Below are positions 1-10,488 of a DNA stretch of 64,000 nucleotides, in pieces. This stretch comes from Planctomycetota bacterium (GTDB lineage: Bacteria > Planctomycetota > Planctomycetia > Pirellulales > UBA1268), in the NCBI GenBank assembly GCA_014238855.1, contig JABAAH010000001.1, forward strand, positions 49,886 through 113,885, given 5' to 3'. A program made the translations under genes and the position numbers. Position 1 is the first letter of the stretch. Each line of letters opens with the position of its first letter. The notes beneath the pieces were generated by a model. The model was not told the DNA's origin. It made no database searches and saw nothing but the letters and a program-made list of their open reading frames with translations.

Positions 1-546
1 GTTTCCTAATGCGTTCGCATAGGGAAATAAATAATACGAGCAATACTGACTGCAAAAAGGAAACGAGCAAAAAGAAATGAATCGTCTGGTGAGCGAACCC
101 AACAGCAGCTGGTGCCGATGGAAACAAGACTGGCAATACGACAGGCAGTGGAGATAGCAGCAGACAAATGGCTGAACTCCTAGCCAACCACATCCGCCCC
201 CTTGGTGCAGTCGCCAAAAACAAAAACTCACTCAAGAACTGTTCCTACCAGTTGTCGAGTTGTCTCGATATCGTTCCACACCAACATGAGATTCACCTAG
301 AATTGAAACCGATCTACCACAGACCACGGGCTGCTGGCTTTACAACCAAAGCGAACAGAAATTATCGAAGATTGGAAGCGTGAATACGAAAACAATGCTG
401 TTTTCATCTACCGGCATGGACGAGCCATAGCGAAATAGGGTATTCTTCTGACCATCAATAATCCGAGGTTGTCGATATAACGGCCTCGTTAAAATCGTAA
501 AAAATTAGGCATATCGTTTTCTAATAAAACATAGACAAAGGTTTTC

Positions 547-741
547 ATGGTTAAGCTGACGGTCCGTGATCGCGAAAGTATTCAGGAAGCTGTCCGACGC
601 TTCCGAAAACTCGTTGAACGAAGTGGCATCAAAAAAGAGATGCGACGGCGTGAGTTTTTTGAAAAACCAAGTGAAACAAAAAGACGAGCTCGGCTCAGAG
701 CAGAGCGCCGCATGAAGAGAAACAGACTGCTGGGCGTCTAG
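547..741 (+). CDS. rpsU: 30S ribosomal protein bS21
   Basis: 64-aa very basic ORF ([28 protein letters not shown]...[13 protein letters not shown]). Length and sequence pattern are typical of bS21. Confidence 0.9.
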   Translation: MVKLTVRDRESIQEAVRRFRKLVERSGIKKEMRRREFFEKPSETKRRARLRAERRMKRNRLLGV

Positions 742-805
742 GCCGAATAGTGATTTGCGGTGAGGTGGTTTGCACTTCGGCAGAAAATATAACTGAGGTT
801 CTGAG

Positions 806-1810
806 TCAATCCTTCTCTGAACAGAAAACCGATTCCCAATCAAGCGCGATGTCGAGCCAGGATGACGTGTGGGTTGGAACACCTGTGCTGATTCGGTCAA
901 CGCCACTTTCTGCAACTGCAGAAATATTTTTCAGGGTGACGCCCCCAGAGGCCTCAAGAATAACTTCTGGGAATTTTTCTTGCCGCAACGCAACAGACCG
1001 GCGAAGCTCATCAATGCTCATGTTATCTAGCAAAACGATGTCTGGAAGTGCCGGCAAAACATTTGCTAACTGATCTAAAGATTCAACCTCTATCTCGACA
1101 ACCATTGCATTTGCCCGATCCACTGGAAAAGTCTTTGAAATGAATTCGCGTGATTTGTAAACAGCATCTCTAGGAGATAGTCCATCTTCGCGAAGTGCCG
1201 CGAGATGATTATCTTTAATCAAAATCGCATCATAGAGTCCCATCCGATGGTTATAGCCACCACCACAACAGACTGCGTACTTATCAAGAAGCCTCCATCC
1301 GGGCACTGTCTTCCGGGTATCGTAGATCCGACACGATGTGCCTTGGACAGCATCGACCAAATGCCGGGTTGTGGTGGCAACCCCAGAAAGCCTTCCAAGT
1401 AAATTTAGAATCACTCTCTCAATTTGTAGAATTGACCTCACAGAGCCACTCAGGTAACCAACCACGGTGCCGGATTGAACGCAGTCTCCATCACATGCCA
1501 CAGGCGACCAAACAAGATTCTCTTGAAACTCGTCGACAACAACTTCTGCTGCTGAAAGACCTGCTATCACACCATCCACTCGTACAACGATAGGGAGACT
1601 TCTTTTTGCTGCCAAGGGCACCAGTGCTGTACTTGTCCAATCAGACTCCAATCCAAAATCTTCTCGAAACCACATATGTGCATTCTGCTTCACATCCGCA
1701 GCACAACGTTCATCCCAAACAACCTGCCTATGGTCCCGAAAACCAGGCAGGGGATTTCTTATGTCTAAAACCATATCACTGATTCCTAGAGAATTTGGCA
1801 CAGAGGGCAT
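806..1810 (-). CDS. nadC: Nicotinate-nucleotide pyrophosphorylase (quinolinate phosphoribosyltransferase)
   Basis: YDTRKTVPGWRLLDKYAVCCGGGYNHRMGLYDAILIKDNH and the C-terminal ASGGV...GVDRISTG are NadC hallmarks. The true start may be the internal Met at 1774. Confidence 0.9.
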   Translation of the reverse strand: MPSVPNSLGISDMVLDIRNPLPGFRDHRQVVWDERCAADVKQNAHMWFREDFGLESDWTSTALVPLAAKRSLPIVVRVDGVIAGLSAAEVVVDEFQENLVWSPVACDGDCVQSGTVVGYLSGSVRSILQIERVILNLLGRLSGVATTTRHLVDAVQGTSCRIYDTRKTVPGWRLLDKYAVCCGGGYNHRMGLYDAILIKDNHLAALREDGLSPRDAVYKSREFISKTFPVDRANAMVVEIEVESLDQLANVLPALPDIVLLDNMSIDELRRSVALRQEKFPEVILEASGGVTLKNISAVAESGVDRISTGVPTHTSSWLDIALDWESVFCSEKD

Positions 1811-1891
1811 ATCATAATGGAATGGCGATGGACAAGAGACAACGCCATCAGAGCGACTCAGTTTTGATTACCACCTTGAACGGAAGGTAAC

Positions 1892-2302
1892 ATGAATTCT
1901 TCTTGCGACACAGCCACATCTTCGCTGGCAAAATATGACCACCATTTTGAACCCCCTCCTGGAATCCGGCAACAACATGCCCTCATGAGCGTAGCGATGA
2001 TTGGATTAGTCATCCTTACGACCTGGCTCATTCTTCACAGGCAGCGATTAGTAGACTATTGCTATCCACCTGAACAAACAATCCGCTTTAGTCTCGATAT
2101 AAATAGTGCGCCTCCAAGCGAACTGTCGCTGCTCCCCGGGATTGGCACAACGATGGCAGAGCGTATTATTGAAACACGTACAAAGCACGGACCTTTCACG
2201 AATATTGATGAAATTGTCCGTGTGTCCGGCATCGGCGACGTGACACTCGAAGAAATTAGACCATTTATTCAACCGATTCTGAATCATTCTACAGAAAAGT
2301 AA
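1892..2302 (+). CDS. ComEA-like helix-hairpin-helix DNA-binding protein
   Basis: An N-terminal TM segment is followed by INSAPPSELSLLPGIGTTMAERIIETRTKHGPFTNIDEIVRVSGIGDVTLEEI, a tandem HhH pattern of ComEA type. Confidence 0.7.
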   Translation: MNSSCDTATSSLAKYDHHFEPPPGIRQQHALMSVAMIGLVILTTWLILHRQRLVDYCYPPEQTIRFSLDINSAPPSELSLLPGIGTTMAERIIETRTKHGPFTNIDEIVRVSGIGDVTLEEIRPFIQPILNHSTEK

Positions 2303-2305
2303 TTC

Positions 2306-4384
2306 ATGCTTCGCCGTAAAACTGGCACATCTGACGAAAACGTTTTCGAACTTGTGACACCTTTTGCACCAGCGGGAGATCAACCTGCAGCAATTCACTC
2401 GCTCGTTGATGGCATAAAAGATGGTGCTGCATCCCAAGTCCTGATGGGAGCAACAGGATCTGGCAAAACCTTCACCATGGCAAACGTTATCTCGCAGATC
2501 GGAAGACCCACTCTAGTACTCTCACACAACAAGACCCTTGCGGCTCAACTCTATGGTGAATTTCGTGACTTCTTTCCTCACAATGCGGTTCATTACTTCG
2601 TGAGCTACTACGATTACTATCAGCCTGAGGCATACATACCACAACGTGACATTTACATAGAGAAAGATGCAGCGATCAATAAGGAAATTGATCGCCTTCG
2701 GCTCGCAGCCACAAGCGCACTGGTAAGTCGTCGTGATGTTATTGTTGTGGCAAGTGTTTCCTGTATTTATGGCCTTGGATCACCCGAAGACTACCGCGCG
2801 ATGGTTATTCGCATTGCAACCGGAGTGCCATTATCTCGAGACGAACTCTTACGGCAATTAGTTACTGTCCAATACGAACGAAGTGACATTGCGCTCGAGC
2901 GTGGCCGATTCCGAGTAAGAGGCGACACAGTTGACATCTGGCCTCCATACGATGAACTGGCAACACGCATCGAATTCTGGGGAGACACCGTTGAGTCGAT
3001 TGCCATTACTCACCCTGTCAGTGGTGAAGTGGCAGCAAGGAAAGATGAGACATACCTCTACCCTTCAAAACATTTTGTTATGCCTGAGGATCGAATCAAG
3101 GCAGCCGTTGGTGAAATTCGTCTTGAACTTCAAGAGCGACTTGCAGAGCTCAAAAGCCAAGGGAAACTACTCGAGGCGCAGCGACTTTCCGCTCGGACAA
3201 AATTCGACCTTGAGATGCTTTTGGAGGCTGGTTTCTGCCCAGGCATTGAAAACTATTCGCGGCCACTCTCTGGCCGGCCACCAGGCAGCACGCCAGATAC
3301 ACTCTTCAGTTACTTCCCTGACGAATTTCTTTTTTTTATTGATGAGTCACATGTCACCGTCCCCCAAGTTCGTGGGATGTACGCTGGTGATCGCAGTAGA
3401 AAACTTACGCTGGTTGATCATGGGTTTCGGCTACCGTGCGCTCTCGACAATCGCCCACTGATGTTCGAGGAATTCGAGAAAAAACTACACCAGACGGTTT
3501 ACGTTTCAGCTACACCCGGCGTATGGGAACTTGGCGAGACACAAGGCGAGGTCGTCGAACAGATCATTCGGCCAACTGGACTTCTTGACCCCGTCATTGA
3601 AGTCGTTCCTGCACGGAATCAAGTTGTGCATCTCCTCGGAGAGATCAGCAAGACTGTTGAAATTGGAAACCGAGTTCTCGTTACTACGTTGACAAAAAAA
3701 CTCGCAGAGGATCTCTCAAGCTATTTCCAGAAACAGAATGTTCGCTGCAGGTGGCTCCACAGTGAACTTAATGCATTCGAAAGGGTCGAACTTCTTCGAG
3801 ACCTTCGCGCTGGTGACTTTGACGTGCTTGTTGGTGTGAATTTGCTTCGTGAAGGGATTGATCTTCCAGAAGTCTCTCTCGTAGCAATCCTTGACGCCGA
3901 CAAGGAAGGGTTTTTAAGAAGTGAAACCTCTCTCTTGCAGACGATTGGCCGATCCGCCAGAAACGTTGACGCACGAGTAATTCTTTATGCAGATCGGATT
4001 ACTGATTCGATGCAACAAGCTATGAATGAGACCCAACGCCGACGCGAAATACAAAGTGAGTACAACGACGAACATAACATCACGCCAACGACAATACGGA
4101 AGGAAATCCGCTTGGGAATTGAAGCTGAGTCCCAGGCACGGGAAAAAGCACACTCGGCTGTTGGTAACACAGAAGAATCTGCTCAGAAACAGGCTGAGTT
4201 ACTCGAACAGCTCGAAATTGACATGCTTCAGGCAGCCGCTGAACTCGACTTTGAACGTGCGGCTAATCTAAGAGATCAAATAGGTGAACTTCGTGATGGG
4301 GTACCACCGGGACGTGCCAAGAATCGTGGTCGTCAGGGAAGAAGAAAAACGAGCCGTAGCCGAATACCAAAACCAAAGCGTTAG
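2306..4384 (+). CDS. uvrB: Excinuclease ABC subunit B
   Basis: 692 aa. Walker A (GATGSGKTFT), YYDYYQPEAY, helicase motifs and a C-terminal UVR domain (LDFERAANLRDQI). Confidence 0.97.
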   Translation: MLRRKTGTSDENVFELVTPFAPAGDQPAAIHSLVDGIKDGAASQVLMGATGSGKTFTMANVISQIGRPTLVLSHNKTLAAQLYGEFRDFFPHNAVHYFVSYYDYYQPEAYIPQRDIYIEKDAAINKEIDRLRLAATSALVSRRDVIVVASVSCIYGLGSPEDYRAMVIRIATGVPLSRDELLRQLVTVQYERSDIALERGRFRVRGDTVDIWPPYDELATRIEFWGDTVESIAITHPVSGEVAARKDETYLYPSKHFVMPEDRIKAAVGEIRLELQERLAELKSQGKLLEAQRLSARTKFDLEMLLEAGFCPGIENYSRPLSGRPPGSTPDTLFSYFPDEFLFFIDESHVTVPQVRGMYAGDRSRKLTLVDHGFRLPCALDNRPLMFEEFEKKLHQTVYVSATPGVWELGETQGEVVEQIIRPTGLLDPVIEVVPARNQVVHLLGEISKTVEIGNRVLVTTLTKKLAEDLSSYFQKQNVRCRWLHSELNAFERVELLRDLRAGDFDVLVGVNLLREGIDLPEVSLVAILDADKEGFLRSETSLLQTIGRSARNVDARVILYADRITDSMQQAMNETQRRREIQSEYNDEHNITPTTIRKEIRLGIEAESQAREKAHSAVGNTEESAQKQAELLEQLEIDMLQAAAELDFERAANLRDQIGELRDGVPPGRAKNRGRQGRRKTSRSRIPKPKR

Positions 4385-4399
4385 CCCATCGTACGGAAA

Positions 4400-5074
4400 G
4401 TGCATATCATGGACACCCAGAAACTCCTCAAAAATGTTTTGGAAAAAGAGGAACACCACCGTCAGCTTATCGCATATGAAATCCATGATGGAATTGCTCA
4501 GTATCTCTCTGCAGCAATCATGCACCTCGAAGCTTACAGAGCAAATCCTTCGGACAACCCAGAGCACGACCAAAACATGACTGGGGCTCTTCGTCTTTTA
4601 CGAGAGGCCTCTCGGGAGACGCGACATCTCATTTCTGGTCTTCGCCCACCAGCTTTAGATGAACTCGGGATTATTGATTCTCTCGAAATGCTGGTTGCAG
4701 ATACTCGCCTTGAAATCAAAGACGTACACTTCCGGCACAACCTGCAAAGAAAACGATTACCTACGCCGATAGAAGTTTCTCTTTTCCGTATCTCGCAGGA
4801 GTCTCTCAACAATATTCGAAAACATTCCAAAGCAAATCAGGTGCGTGTGGAATTAACTCAAACGGAGGGGGGCACAGTCTCTCTGACCATTCAGGATGAT
4901 GGCTGTGGCTTTGACTCAACGACCCAAAGTGAAAATTGTTTTGGTCTTGAAGGCATTCGCCAAAGATCGCTCCATAATGGCGGCACCGCCAGCATTCAGA
5001 GTCTTCCAGGAAACGGTACCACTGTGCATATCGAGTTCCCAGCTTCCGTCACGCGAAGCAACAGTTCGTTGTAG
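4400..5074 (+). CDS. Cytoplasmic sensor histidine kinase (HisKA_3 + HATPase_c), no sensor domain
   Basis: H-box IAYEIHDGIAQYLSAA (NarX/DegS-type dimerisation domain), N-box ESLNNIRKHS and G-box DDGCGF...GLEGIRQR. No TM segment and no adjacent response regulator. Confidence 0.8.
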   Translation: MHIMDTQKLLKNVLEKEEHHRQLIAYEIHDGIAQYLSAAIMHLEAYRANPSDNPEHDQNMTGALRLLREASRETRHLISGLRPPALDELGIIDSLEMLVADTRLEIKDVHFRHNLQRKRLPTPIEVSLFRISQESLNNIRKHSKANQVRVELTQTEGGTVSLTIQDDGCGFDSTTQSENCFGLEGIRQRSLHNGGTASIQSLPGNGTTVHIEFPASVTRSNSSL

Positions 5075-5170
5075 CGTAGAAGGCGACAACACAAATTGAG
5101 TGAGTAGCGACATTCATATGTTTGAACAAAAGATCTGTTCCTAACCACGCCAATAAATGCAAAATAGAGT

Positions 5171-6856
5171 CTATTCGGTGACTACAGGGCGGCCCACACA
5201 GACCAGACACATGTCGTCACTCCGCACCTGCCCTGCAGCGTGTCGCTCCACGTCAACAAGCAGCCGTTGGCCAACTGCCGCTGGTGAATCCGCTGGCTCA
5301 GACAGAACTTCTTCTAACCGCTTCAGGCCATATGTTTCATTCTTATGGTCCATCGCTTCACTAATACCGTCTGTATAAAGTACAAGCGTACATCCGGCCG
5401 TGACCGTAACCTCGGCGGCCTCGTACACATATGTTGGGTCAACGCCAAGCGGTAGTCCTGCTTCTTCGAACCCTACAGACTCAACGCTTCCGTCAGACTT
5501 TCGTAAATAGGTTGGCAGATGGCCCGCGGACACAACGCTCACGGCATATGATGTCGAGTCGAGCACCACAACAACAAAAGTGGCAAATCGGTCATCCCAC
5601 CCGCTTCTCATAAAACTTGCGTTAAGAAGTGTAACGGCTTTTGCAACATCTGACTCAATCGCGAGCGTATAACGCACATCAGCGGAAAGGGCGGCCATTA
5701 CAAGCGCAGCAGATACACCCTTTCCTGAAACATCCGCCAAAACTACAGCCAAACGGTTTTCACTAAGAGGAATGTATGAAAAATAATCTCCACCAACCTG
5801 ATGGGCAGCCTCATAAAAATCAAATACCTCAAAGCCCTCAATTTCTGGAGGAACTGATGGCAGCAAACCTTGTTGCACACGATTTGCCAATTCTAAATCT
5901 CTCTTGAACTGTTCCTGAGCTACTTTTTCACCATGAGCCGTCGCCTGCTCAACAGCGTTGGCCGCCTGACCTGTAATCCCAGCAAGAACTTCGAGGTCGC
6001 CCTCACTAAAACCATTCTGAATATCACGAGAATCTACCTGGAGTACACCAAGAACCACTCCCTCTGCACTGATAAATGGCACACACATGACCGAACGAAT
6101 ATTGCAGTCAACAACACTCTCATTCAACCGAAACCGACTGTCACTCGTAGCATCCGCCGAAAGTATTGCTGTTTGCGATGATGCAACTTTATTCACCAGA
6201 GAGAGGCTCAGTTGAAGACTACCTTTCTCCTCTGCATTCTTTAACTTTTTTGCACGCAAAATCAGTCTGTTTGTCTTTACGTCATTTAGCAAAACAAACC
6301 CACGCTCGACATTGGGAAAAATATCAAAAATTCCGTCTAAGAGTCGTGGCAAAACGTCTTCAAGCGAAAGCGATGCACCAAGGGCCCGATTCAAACCGTT
6401 TACAGCCCGCAACTTCGCCTCAGCGTTTTGACTCATTCCTTCATCTGCTGATGGACCCGGAATGTCTAACTGAGAGACAATCATCGACTCTTCATCGTGT
6501 GACTGAAAGACTGCTTGTGATTCATCAGTTTCCCCACCAAGCGACACCCACTCAGAGGGAGTTGTGTCACCGACAGTAAAAACTAGCCGATCGTCACAGA
6601 CACCTATCTCATCTGAAGCCTCAAGCCTATGCTGGCCTGTGAGTGTCTCACCATTTACGATGGTACCGTTCCGGCTACCAAGATCTTCCACGCACCAACC
6701 ACCATCTTTCATCTCAATCGCTGCATGCTGGCGGCTAACAGATCCTGAATCAACAACAATATCACAGCCGGGATGGCGACCAATGATCGTTTTCTCTTTG
6801 ACAAGGCGATATCTCTCACCCGCCTTACCGCCAGTCATCAATACGAGGAACGACAC
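5171..6856 (-). CDS. FHA-GAF-PP2C (SpoIIE/RsbU-type) serine phosphatase
   Basis: N-terminal FHA (IIGRHPGCDIVVDSGSVSRQHAAI...GSRNGTIVNG), a central GAF-like region, and C-terminal GGDYF...LADVSGKGVSAAL...LYTDGISEA PP2C motifs. The annotated start is GTG. Confidence 0.85.
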   Translation of the reverse strand: MSFLVLMTGGKAGERYRLVKEKTIIGRHPGCDIVVDSGSVSRQHAAIEMKDGGWCVEDLGSRNGTIVNGETLTGQHRLEASDEIGVCDDRLVFTVGDTTPSEWVSLGGETDESQAVFQSHDEESMIVSQLDIPGPSADEGMSQNAEAKLRAVNGLNRALGASLSLEDVLPRLLDGIFDIFPNVERGFVLLNDVKTNRLILRAKKLKNAEEKGSLQLSLSLVNKVASSQTAILSADATSDSRFRLNESVVDCNIRSVMCVPFISAEGVVLGVLQVDSRDIQNGFSEGDLEVLAGITGQAANAVEQATAHGEKVAQEQFKRDLELANRVQQGLLPSVPPEIEGFEVFDFYEAAHQVGGDYFSYIPLSENRLAVVLADVSGKGVSAALVMAALSADVRYTLAIESDVAKAVTLLNASFMRSGWDDRFATFVVVVLDSTSYAVSVVSAGHLPTYLRKSDGSVESVGFEEAGLPLGVDPTYVYEAAEVTVTAGCTLVLYTDGISEAMDHKNETYGLKRLEEVLSEPADSPAAVGQRLLVDVERHAAGQVRSDDMCLVCVGRPVVTE

Positions 6857-7165
6857 GGTGTCTCCAACTTATTTTTCAATTTCATGGACCATTCAATGAG
6901 CACCTTACTGCCGACCGCCAGCATTTTTCCCTACCAAGTACCCACAGATAACCTTCAGAATAGGCTACCACAACTCCTCTGAATGCTAGTGAAGCATTTT
7001 AGTTTCAGAGAATCCTGAGCAACATCAGATAACCAGAACAACGGCATAACAGGTTGTTTTGCTGAAACTTTTAGGAGCTGCATGATTGGCACTGCACCAT
7101 TGAAAAACCTCTATGACTCCAGCACTTTACAGGATGACGATACCCAAGTGAATTAATCCGGGTAA

Positions 7166-7621
7166 TTAATCTTGCACGTTTTTACATGGCATGACCGTCT
7201 CACAATTCTCTGCTGCTACCGGTCCGTCTTTCAATTCGGCGACCTGACTATCCCACCACTTATATACGCCTGCCAGCAAGTCTTCACGTTCGAACAGAAC
7301 GAACCTTCCTCCCTGTTTTCATTTACACCAGGAAATTCAATTCACCGGCTTGCGATACCAAACCTCTGGAGAGTGTGATGGCCGAATGATCACGGCAAAT
7401 GGTTCATAACCCTCCACATCAACTTCTGGAGGTCTGTCACCGGTCGCTTCGGAAACCTCTTTTTCGACATCACTGATTATTTTCTTCGACAGAACTTCCC
7501 ATTCCTGCTTATTGTTCTATGCAATCTGGTTCTTTGCACCCATTGAAAAACTTACAACAACGGTTACGAGAACCCCAATAATAAAACTTTTACCATTAAT
7601 TGCTTGACTGATTTTGGACAT
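7166..7621 (-). pseudogene. Membrane-anchored hypothetical protein gene inactivated by three in-frame stops
   Basis: One 152-codon frame starts at ATG 7621, preceded by AAGGAGATGGC. It has an N-terminal TM helix (FIIGVLVTVVVSF) and protein-like composition. It is interrupted by TAG (7517-7519), TGA (7337-7339) and TGA (7319-7321). Confidence 0.5.
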
Positions 7622-8238
7622 GCCATCTCCTTTCTCCTCGTTGAATATAAATCGAAAAAGTATAATCGTTCTCGCACAGAACAAAGAAACTTGTCACAAA
7701 TGGGTTCATTCTCAATTTGTGTAGTTCCGAGCAGGGCAGGGCACAAACTATCAGTTGCCTCAGATTTCTTAACTTCGTATAGACTCAAAAGATGCCTGCC
7801 CAACCCCCACAAGCCATGCTCAATCATGACATTGAAAGCATGCTCAACCATGCACCAATCACATGTACAGAACCATCCGGGAATGGCAGTAAAGGCAATT
7901 TTTCCATTATGCTTTTTGCCGCACTGTCAACGTTCTTTATTTTGCTATTCAGCAACTCAGGATAATTTCACCGAAACCGCGATCAGTGACAAGCACACCC
8001 AAGACGCAAAGTTCGCTATTAAACAATGAAAACACTGATTTTATTGGCAGAGTACCTACTGCAAGGATTTCGTGCTGGTCGGATTCGAATTATCATGTTT
8101 CGGCAATCACTATTAAAACGACATGAAAATCGGCTTCAGAAACATCATGAAAGAATGATGCGGGATAACAAACAAAGTGAGACCACAGAACCGCACGAGA
8201 AAGAATGAGGCTATGCACCACAGACCAAAGTTGCGTGG

Positions 8239-8619
8239 CTAACTGGCCGACGGCCCTTGATACGTCGTGTCAGACCAAGCAAGGATTCCATAAAAAATAA
8301 ATGGCAAAAATATTAACCCCAACGTAAACCCTAAACCTTTTCCGAAACTCTTTGACACATCGTGCGTCACCACTATTGCAACAATGATATTCACAAGCGG
8401 TACTAGCAAAAGTAGTAAAAACCACCAAGGACGCCCAGCTATTTTCAGAATCAAATACATATTATAAATCGGAATGAGAGCCCCCCACCCGGGCTGACCA
8501 CTTTTCGTGAAAATCTTCCACCACGATGCAACAATTATGACAACGATAGTAAGATAAATTATTAATAGTACTGGATTCAGATCGCCCTGAGATTGTTGTG
8601 CAAGTACATGTATATTCAT
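8239..8619 (-). CDS. DUF5684-family small membrane protein
   Basis: WKIFTKSGQPGWGALIPIYNMYLILKIAGRPWWFLLLLLVP...SFGKGLGFTLGLIFLPFIFYGILAW matches the pattern I recall for DUF5684. Confidence 0.7.
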   Translation of the reverse strand: MNIHVLAQQSQGDLNPVLLIIYLTIVVIIVASWWKIFTKSGQPGWGALIPIYNMYLILKIAGRPWWFLLLLLVPLVNIIVAIVVTHDVSKSFGKGLGFTLGLIFLPFIFYGILAWSDTTYQGPSAS

Positions 8620-8687
8620 TGATAGACCCCGTACGAAAGAAAAGTGAAACCTGCCAATGATGGCATCGACTTACAAAACTAGAACCT

Positions 8688-8723
8688 TGAATTGCTTTTG
8701 TAACGAGCTCTGAAAAAAAACCA
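8688..8723 (+). repeat. Possible third, very degenerate tRNA-Gln 5'-half remnant (att-like)
   Basis: The blocks GAAT..G..TGTAACG..GCTCTGAA..CCA are collinear with tRNA-Gln positions 5-40. The match needs one 12-nt deletion and two insertions. It sits at the expected outer boundary of the array. Confidence 0.35.
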
Positions 8724-9053
8724 CCAAATCGAATAAAACCTTCAATGCTATCTTACAGACAGTGCCCAATGGCAACGACAATTCGCCAATAGTCTGCACT
8801 AATGAAAACTCGGCGTGAAAGATAACTTATTCAGCATCTATCAATTCATGCTGGTTGCCACCGCCAAACGTCATTGCCGTTTCGTGGTTAATGCTGACAT
8901 TACGACAGCATTCGGACGTGTTCCCGAACGGCACGTCTCAGGGCCTTACGCTCCTATAGAAATATTGCGGGACTTGTCGTTCTGCTCACTATGTGATCTA
9001 GGGCAAGGAAGGGGCAATCGGCTAAACGACAGCCCTTGGAACAAGATTTTATT

Positions 9054-10397
9054 TCAATCAAACCATTCCTCCGTCGATATGTATGCCCAAACATCTAATG
9101 TCATCACGTAGTGACGTCACAACGCACAGCACCACCAAACGGCTAATTGCCTGCGGTGTAATCCCGACAGGTATTTGTCTGAGTAGTGGCTTTCCTTTTT
9201 CTTATCTCCTTGCAGCCGTCACTGCAGCTTTCTTGCAAGTTGTAAAGGTCTCGGATGGTGTACTGCCTGCTTAAGATGTGCGGATCACACAGTTGGTACT
9301 TCCGTTACTGGTCGTGTCATTTCCGTTGTTCCCATGATTGTTCATATCGTACAGGTTGCGCTGCTTGAGCCTATCGTCCTGTAGGATTGCATCGAAACTA
9401 CAGGTATCTCAACATCATCACATGATACTTTTCTTGCCATCTTTTGACTAATGAACAGGCTAGGGTTTCTGTCACTCATTTATGGTCAACTCGAAGACAA
9501 CGTCTTACATAACATCTACTGTCTTTTTAAAGATATCCTTCTCTACTGATTGTTCTGGTTCAAGACTGAAACCGATTCATTACTTTTCTCTTTTGGCTCT
9601 CGAAACACCAGATCGCTTGATATACTTTGTGTATCTCTTTGACCTTATGCCTGCCGAGAAAAGGCGATTCTCCGGCAGGCTTTTTTTTACATTTCACGAA
9701 CGAGTCGTGACGCATCTGTGTCAACTTGATCACTCTGGTCGCTGTAAGTTCTCTTCTAGATGACATCCAAGTACGATTCTACCGAGAGTTCCACTCGTTA
9801 GTTTCCTTCCCTCTACGAGTGTGACTGGCAATTAAAACCCCCGATTGCAGTAATCTCTTTTGATATTCGTCGTTCTATCTTTTTGAGCACCTATGCCGGG
9901 GTAGCAAAGCGATTTGCCTTGACAGCCCATCAGCAGAAGCTCTTTCTAGCATCAACGGCTAGCTCACTGTGACCTTCTCCTTATTCTGCCAGACAATACA
10001 TTTCCAAACTTTTTCTAATTCGTAACTTATCGAGCATGGCCTGCCTCTTGTGATGATTTCAGAGTCCATTCAAAGGCATGCTTATGCGGAACATTTCTCC
10101 TAATCGCATCCGTTGCTTTTCAGCAACCAGCTTTGTGCAGAATGATGGGATACACAGCCCATCTCTTCTAAAAATAGCCAAATTCTTCTGCAACACCTTA
10201 CCCGTTACCTTGCGAGTGATGTATCAGACATCTGCAGCGATACAGTTCACGAATAACGCAAGACCACGTATTCCACTATCCATAACTACTACCCGACTAA
10301 TGTCTGGTAGATATTTCGCCTTCCGCCTGTGAAGTAGGACAACTTTTGAAGATTCTGTCTTGCAACCTATAGCGGGAAATGCGTGAAGACACCGCAT
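9054..10397 (-). pseudogene. Decayed P4-type (DUF4102 arm) tyrosine integrase, older copy
   Basis: From ATG 10397: ...VVMDSGIRGLALFVNCIAADV*YITRKVTGKVLQKNL. By hand alignment, 19 of 40 residues match the integrase remnant at 13945-14528 (EVKDGEIRGLALLVTGTGTKSWYVTRKVQGKLMRKNL). The same frame reaches a stop at 9054 but carries about 20 in-frame stops. Only the first ~130 codons or so are recognisable. Confidence 0.5.
9649..9688 (+). terminator. Rho-independent terminator-like hairpin with T8 tail
   Basis: GCCTGCCGAGAA-AAGGCGA-TTCTCCGGCAGGC followed by TTTTTTTT. GC-rich 8-bp core stem plus extension. No intact + strand CDS lies upstream. Confidence 0.6.
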
Positions 10398-10488
10398 AAA
10401 TGTGTTCTAAAAAAATTAATCACAAAAACCATCGAATGAGATTTGCTTTCAACTTGTCTTGTCGGTTCCCAGCATTACCAGCACCTTA

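Noticed and set aside
1-383. A hydrophobic minus-strand frame open to the window start (ATG at 193, MWLARSSAICLLLSPLPVV...) and the plus-strand 71-aa ORF at 168-383
   Set aside because: The two overlap each other and neither has a recognisable motif or a convincing translation signal. A partial membrane-protein gene at the edge is possible but not supportable from this sequence.
9482-9763. 93-aa + strand ORF
   Set aside because: It reads straight through the strong terminator hairpin and T8 tract, lies inside the decayed integrase, and has an implausible composition.
9054-10397. Multiple in-frame TGA/TAG codons as evidence of recoding (selenocysteine, readthrough, alternative genetic code)
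   Set aside because: Core genes in the window terminate normally at TGA, TAG and TAA. The stop density in most of this frame is about what random sequence would give. One TGA aligns to a Trp (TGG) in the paralogue, which indicates simple mutational decay.
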